Below, piece after piece: positions 58,967-64,000 of a DNA stretch of 64,000 nucleotides. A program made the translations under genes and the position numbers. The stretch comes from Syntrophobacterales bacterium (GTDB taxonomy: Bacteria; Desulfobacterota; Desulfobaccia; Desulfobaccales; 0-14-0-80-60-11), in assembly GCA_037388025.1 (NCBI GenBank), contig JARRKO010000006.1, positions 57,067-121,066 on the forward strand, in the 5' to 3' direction. Under the pieces are notes generated by a model that saw only the letters and a program-made list of their open reading frames with translations, had not been told where the DNA came from and did no database searches. The first letter of the stretch is position 1; each line of letters opens with the position of its first letter.

Positions 58967-60160
58967 TTGACCCCTAAAGATCAAAGATATCGGATTTTGC
59001 ATGTTATCGACCACCTCGGAAGCGGCGGGGCCCAGGAGACGGTCTGCCAACTGGTTAAGTATGGCCAAAAGCAGCGTTTTCAGCAAGAGGTGGTGGCATT
59101 GCATGGGTTTGGCCATTATTGGGAAGTTTTGCGCGCCGAGGGTGTCCCGGTCCATAGCCTGGTTCCCTATGCCTTTGCCCGTGCCGCCGTTCCCTTCATT
59201 TTCCTTCGGCTTTTCCGGTTTTTGGCCCGCCACCGTTACGATGTGGTGCACTCCCATCTTATCGGCGCCAATGTTCTGGCTGCCCCCCTGGCGGCCCTGT
59301 TCCGGGTGCCGGTGCGCTTTACCCATGACCAGACCAATGACGATGTCCGTCATCGTTCCTTCATCCATCGTTATCTGGATACCCTGGCCAATCGGCTGAA
59401 TCATCATGTGATTGCGGTGTCCTCCTCCATCCGTACCTTTCTCTGCCGGCAAGAAGGGGTATCCTCCCAAAAAGTGTCTGTAATTTATAATTCCGTTGAT
59501 TTACAACGATTTTCTCCCCTCAAGGGCCCAAAGGTCAAGGAGCGGCTCCGGCAGAAATTGGGCTTGCCGGCAGATGCCCTAATCGTGGGAGGGGTGGGGC
59601 GGTTACACTATCAGAAAAATTATCCTCTCTTTTTAGAGGTGGCGGCCGAAGTGTGTGCCCGGGTGCCCCAGGCGTTCTTTGTTATTGCCGGGGAGGGGCC
59701 GGAACGGGCTGCTTTAGAGGACATGAGCCAGAAGTTGGGCATCGCGTCCCGGGTGCGATTCCAGGGGTTTGTCAAAGAGATGCCGGAGTTGTACCAAACC
59801 CTAGATCTCCAGCTGCTCACTTCACATTTTGAGGGGACGCCCCTGACGGTTCTGGAAGCCATGGCCATGGGTCTGCCCGTCGTGGCCTCGCAAGTGGACG
59901 GGGTGGCGGAAGTTTTAGTAAACCGCGAGGATGGCATTCTTGTGCCCCCTGGCCGCAGGGACCTCTTTGTCGAGGGCGTCTGCCAGGTGCTCCAGGACCA
60001 GAGCCTCTGGAAGCAGCTATCCCGGGCCGGCCGGGAAAAGGCTCGGCAACGCTACTCGGCGGAAGCTATGGTTCGACAGGTGGAAGCCCTTTACCTGCAA
60101 TATCTGGAAGATAAGCGGCTTCCTGTTCAAGACGGCTGCGTTTGGGCTAGACCCCTATGA
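58967..60160 (+). CDS. GT4 glycosyltransferase
   Basis: GGAQ, GRLHYQKN, EGTPLTVLEAMA. Confidence 0.92.
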   Translation: MTPKDQRYRILHVIDHLGSGGAQETVCQLVKYGQKQRFQQEVVALHGFGHYWEVLRAEGVPVHSLVPYAFARAAVPFIFLRLFRFLARHRYDVVHSHLIGANVLAAPLAALFRVPVRFTHDQTNDDVRHRSFIHRYLDTLANRLNHHVIAVSSSIRTFLCRQEGVSSQKVSVIYNSVDLQRFSPLKGPKVKERLRQKLGLPADALIVGGVGRLHYQKNYPLFLEVAAEVCARVPQAFFVIAGEGPERAALEDMSQKLGIASRVRFQGFVKEMPELYQTLDLQLLTSHFEGTPLTVLEAMAMGLPVVASQVDGVAEVLVNREDGILVPPGRRDLFVEGVCQVLQDQSLWKQLSRAGREKARQRYSAEAMVRQVEALYLQYLEDKRLPVQDGCVWARPL

Positions 60161-60240
60161 TCAGGGAGCCCCAAACCTGGAGGGGCGAGCCCTTGGAGTG
60201 GTAAAGAGAAATTTCAGATAAACAGGATCTCCGGTCGCCG

Positions 60241-61422
60241 ATGAAACAGTGGCAAATGAAAGTCTTGGTGGTTTTTGCCAGTATAGTAATCGGCTTGGTT
60301 TTAGCTGAGGTGGGATTACGATTTTTAGGCATCGAGTATCCCAATTTTTATGATTTTGACCCCTACCTCGGGTATGCTTTGCGGCCCGGAACCAAAGGCT
60401 ACTATCTGAAAGAAGGGGGAGGGTACGTCAGCATCAACAGTGACGGCTTGCGAGACCGGGAGCATGCCATCAAGAAGCCGCCGAACACCTTGAGGATTGC
60501 AGTTCTGGGCGACTCTTATGCCGAAGCCATGCAGGTTAATCGGGAGGACACCTTCTGGGCGATTATGGCAAAGCAACTTCAAAGCTGTCAGAACCTGCGG
60601 GGACGCAATATTGAGGTGATAAACTTCGGCATTTCAGGTTTTAGTACCACGCAGGAATTATTAATGCTTCGTCATAAAGTATGGAAATATTCACCAGATA
60701 TAGTCCTGTTGGCGTTTCATACCGGTAATGACGTGGCCGACAACTCCTTAGCCCTGAAGAAAAAAGAGTATGATCCATATTATACTCTGGTAAATGGTAA
60801 GTTGATTCTGAATGATCTGCCCACCCGCCAGAGATACGAAGAAAAGGTTGAAAAAAATTATTTGACTAGGCCATTGTATCTGTGGTTAAGTCAGTTTCGA
60901 GTTTGTCAGGTTTTGCATTATGGGCAGCAAATAATCAGGGAAAGTTGGTTTAAAAATCAAGCTGTTGCCAACTCATCTGCCCCTGGAAAACAAAGCGAAC
61001 CTGGAATACTAAAACCCATTTTCTCGGAGCCTACAGAAGATGCCTGGAAAAAGGCCTGGAAAGTTACGGAAAGTGTCCTATTGCAGATGCAGGATGAAAT
61101 TCATCAGAAAGGAGCCCAGTTTGTCATAGTGGTCCTAACCAATGGCATTCAAGTGCACCCAGATGTCACAGTGCGAACTGCATTTGTCAGAAACCTGAAG
61201 CTGAAGGAGCTCTTTTATCCGGATCACCGGGTGGAAAGGTTTTGCCAGAGCCACGGTATTCCCGTACTACTTTTAGCGCCACTCTTCCAAGAATACGCCA
61301 CCCGGCACCACGTCTTTTTGCATGGCTTTGGAGATAAACTCGGGGAAGGTCATTGGAATCAACGCGGCCACCGACTGGCCGGGCAGACCATCGCCAAGTG
61401 GCTGTGCCCCCTACTCCACTAA
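60241..61422 (+). CDS. SGNH/GDSL hydrolase family protein
   Basis: LGDSYAE, NFGISGF, GND, GHWNQRGH. Confidence 0.88.
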   Translation: MKQWQMKVLVVFASIVIGLVLAEVGLRFLGIEYPNFYDFDPYLGYALRPGTKGYYLKEGGGYVSINSDGLRDREHAIKKPPNTLRIAVLGDSYAEAMQVNREDTFWAIMAKQLQSCQNLRGRNIEVINFGISGFSTTQELLMLRHKVWKYSPDIVLLAFHTGNDVADNSLALKKKEYDPYYTLVNGKLILNDLPTRQRYEEKVEKNYLTRPLYLWLSQFRVCQVLHYGQQIIRESWFKNQAVANSSAPGKQSEPGILKPIFSEPTEDAWKKAWKVTESVLLQMQDEIHQKGAQFVIVVLTNGIQVHPDVTVRTAFVRNLKLKELFYPDHRVERFCQSHGIPVLLLAPLFQEYATRHHVFLHGFGDKLGEGHWNQRGHRLAGQTIAKWLCPLLH

Positions 61423-61540
61423 TCCTTCCGCACGATTCTTCGGACCTTTCATAAAGTGAGATTGTGGCAAAATGCAGCCCCGCCACCCCACGGTGGCAGT
61501 GGCGAGTTCCTAAGCTTCACCAGAACTTTTCGAGTACCTT

Positions 61541-62576
61541 ATGAAGTTTAAGAGAGTCTGTTTCTTTTTGCCTTCGGCCCACAGGGATGGAGCCGAATTA
61601 TCCGCGCTGGAATGTATGGAGGCGCTGCAAGCGCTGGGGATGCAATGCCATGTGGTCCTACCCCAGAAAGGACCTTTAATTGATGAACTGAAAGCCAGGC
61701 AGCTGCCCTATAAACTTATTCCCTACAAGGTCTGGATAGAACCGCCGGCGCCTGTCTGGAAAAGCCTCCTGGTCACTCTCTGGAACCTGGGCATGACCTA
61801 TGTTGCCACCCTGCTGGTGGGCCGCTGGCAGTGCGACCTCGTCATCACCAATACCATTAACATTTGTGTCGGGGCTTTAGTGGCCAAACTTCGGGGACTC
61901 CCCCACATCTGGTACCTGCGCGAGTTTGGCTTCGAAGATCATGGCTGGCGATTTCACCTGGGCGAGAAGCCTTCCCTCTGGATCATGAATCGTCTTTCCG
62001 TGCTTTGTCTGGCGGTTTCCCGGGCTGTGGCCCAAAAATATCAAGCCGGTATGACTCCCTCCAAGGTGCATCATGTATATCAGCCCATCGAGGTGGATTT
62101 AACCCCTCGCTCCCAGGTTGTATTGGAGCCTGCCGGTGCAATTATGGCTGGTGGGGGGTGGAGATCAGGATTATTGCAGCTTTTTGGAGACATTGGTTCG
62201 TGAGAAAAGCTTGACTGAACATGTCCAATTCTTCGGGCAGGTAGACAACGCCTTCCCCTACATTAAGAAAGCTAACGTCCTCCTCCTGTGTTCCCGCTGT
62301 GAGGCGTTTGCCAGGGTGGTGGTGGAGGCGATGAAAGCTGGCAAACCGGTTCTGGGCACCAGAAGTGGGGGGACCGTGGAGCAAATCGAGGCAGGCTTTA
62401 ATGGTTTCCTGTACGAACCGGGGGATTTTAAGGAACTGGCCGCAAAAATAAGATATCTCCAGGAACATCCAGATAAAGCCAAAGAAATGGGGAAAAATGC
62501 CAAAAATTGGGCCAGGAAGACCTTCAACCGGAAACACTACCAGGAGAAAATAAAAGAGATTATGAGTAAACTATGA
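61541..62576 (+). pseudogene. GT4 glycosyltransferase split by a frameshift/internal deletion
   Basis: N-half 61541 to about 62130 and C-half (LPVQLWLVG...EAFARVVVEAM) are in different frames; the GRL..K segment is missing. Confidence 0.78.
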
Positions 62577-62894
62577 ACAACACCGAACGTATACTGAGAC
62601 TGTTGTAAAGAAATTATTTCCTGGCCTCTTGTGCTGGCTGAGGCGCTCCTGCTTGGCTGAATCACAGAGTTTTTCTTTTACGTTAAGTGTCGCTCAAGCT
62701 GCGAAGTCCGGCCTTATCCTGAAAATAGACAGCTTAATTCTTAAAAACCCGCTACTAACGTGGAGGGGCTATCCTGATGATTATGGCTTCGACAGTCTAT
62801 CCCTTTAAAAAATCTTGACAAGGAAACCCATTTCGAATACTAAGTTTTCAGCGCTAAGAGATACCTCATAAAATTTGTTTCTCCATAAAATTCC

Positions 62895-63765
62895 TTGAAT
62901 AAAACTTCTGAAGTCAAAAGTAGTGTTCCCCCCAAAAAGCTGACCTGGTCCTGGAGTTGGTGGCAGCTAAAGCTCGTCATTGCTGGAGTTTTATTATATT
63001 ATTTGTTTTCCTCGGGAAAGCTTTCGCTATCGATATTTCAGCACGCTTTCTCCTGGGACAGTATTGTTAAGTTAATTTTTGCAGGTTTATCAATTTTTTT
63101 AGCCACGAAATCGTCGACTAAGGCAGTGTACAACTATTACTGGTTCACCTAATATAGTATACGATCGCCTGTTAGGTTTAACGGGTCTCCTTTTGCTGTT
63201 ATTCACCGGTTTGAGTTTGGCCTGGGTTTTCGATTTAGGTTTTGTTTGGACCAAGGAATTTTACTGGGTATTTTGGGGAATTGTCATTGCTTTGGTCACC
63301 TTAGGTTTCATCTACGGCCTGAGCTGTTGGCCACGTTTCCTGGACCTGGTGGAAAGGTATATTGTCAAACTTCCTCTGGGCGAAGCTATTTCCCGCTTTA
63401 TCAGCAGCGTGGCCGGCCTGAGTAAATATGGTCTCTTGATCCTTGCCCTTGTGGGGATTTCTTTGGGGCCCCACATCTCCTATGCCCTCGCCATATATTT
63501 CGTCGGCCAGGCTTTTGGGCTGGGCGCTAACTTCTGGATAACTCTCATCCTGTCGCCGTTGACTTTCCTAAGCGGCATACTGCCACTCTCTCCCAATAAC
63601 ATCGGTTGGACCGAGTATTTGGGCTCTCTGATCTGGGCGTCCCAGGGTATTAGCCAGGGTGGCGATTTGTGGATGGCGTATCGCCTGATGTATGTACTGG
63701 TTAGTCTGAGCGGTTTATTGTTCTATCTACGTTTACGGGCAGGAGCTCTACCACATGAAAATTGA
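62895..63765 (+). pseudogene. Lysylphosphatidylglycerol synthase TM (UPF0104)-like flippase, disrupted
   Basis: Two frames join near 63105; the second carries VYDRLLG, PLSPNNIGWTE, YRL motifs. Confidence 0.7.
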
Positions 63766-64000
63766 ATTTTACCGCCATCAACTAGGAGAAGCGAATCTGA
63801 ATCGCTTCACCCGAGTAATGAATTCCATCTTCCTGACCACGGGGGAGGAAGTCGCCCTTTTTGAGAGAAAGTTCGCCGATTTTTTGGGCGAAGATTTTGT
63901 CATAGGGTTGATGAGCGCTACGGCCGGTTTGCAACTTTCCTTGTTAGCCCTGGGAATTGAACCCGGCGATGAAGTGATTACCACACCCATGACTTTTGTA
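63755..64000 (+). CDS. DegT/DnrJ/EryC1/StrS aminotransferase (3'-truncated)
   Basis: MKIEFYRH...LTTGEEVALFERKFA...SATAGLQLSLLALGIEPGDEVITTPMTF. Confidence 0.9.
   Translation, partial: MKIEFYRHQLGEANLNRFTRVMNSIFLTTGEEVALFERKFADFLGEDFVIGLMSATAGLQLSLLALGIEPGDEVITTPMTFV

Noticed and set aside
62596-62798. Third MITE with AGACTGT inverted ends
   Set aside because: Only 9 of 11 bases match, single copy, no target duplication seen

Overview
GC-rich bacterial chromosome segment; gene content and codon style suggest an anaerobic Desulfobacterota, possibly Desulfobacca-like (inference). In order: a type II toxin-antitoxin pair; a TonB-receptor/flavin-reductase/FmdE/ABC/TrmO-like operon; cobA-hemD, hemerythrin, DUF362, pyrC, pyrB, Hsp20, tmk; tRNA-Lys and tRNA-Glu, followed by a small accessory islet (TIR-domain fusion, DUF72) and a broken glutaredoxin with its FTR partner; a VTT-flavoprotein fusion; a metal-handling cluster at 26.8-34.7 kb; cell-wall enzymes; TamAB; and a partly decayed surface-polysaccharide locus. 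The most interesting item is the 26.8-34.7 kb cluster. It carries ferrosome-type accessory genes (DUF5132-like, three HMA_2/CoBaHMA-like proteins, PadR), but its pump is a Ca2+-type (P2A) ATPase with an N-terminal HMA_2 domain rather than a P1B-6 ATPase. It also encodes an 8x22-residue amphipathic repeat protein and a translationally coupled MetK paralogue that has lost its methionine/adenosine-binding residues while keeping the triphosphate/Mg site. Together these make a candidate undescribed metal-phosphate storage compartment. All family calls come from motif recognition by eye; no searches were run.
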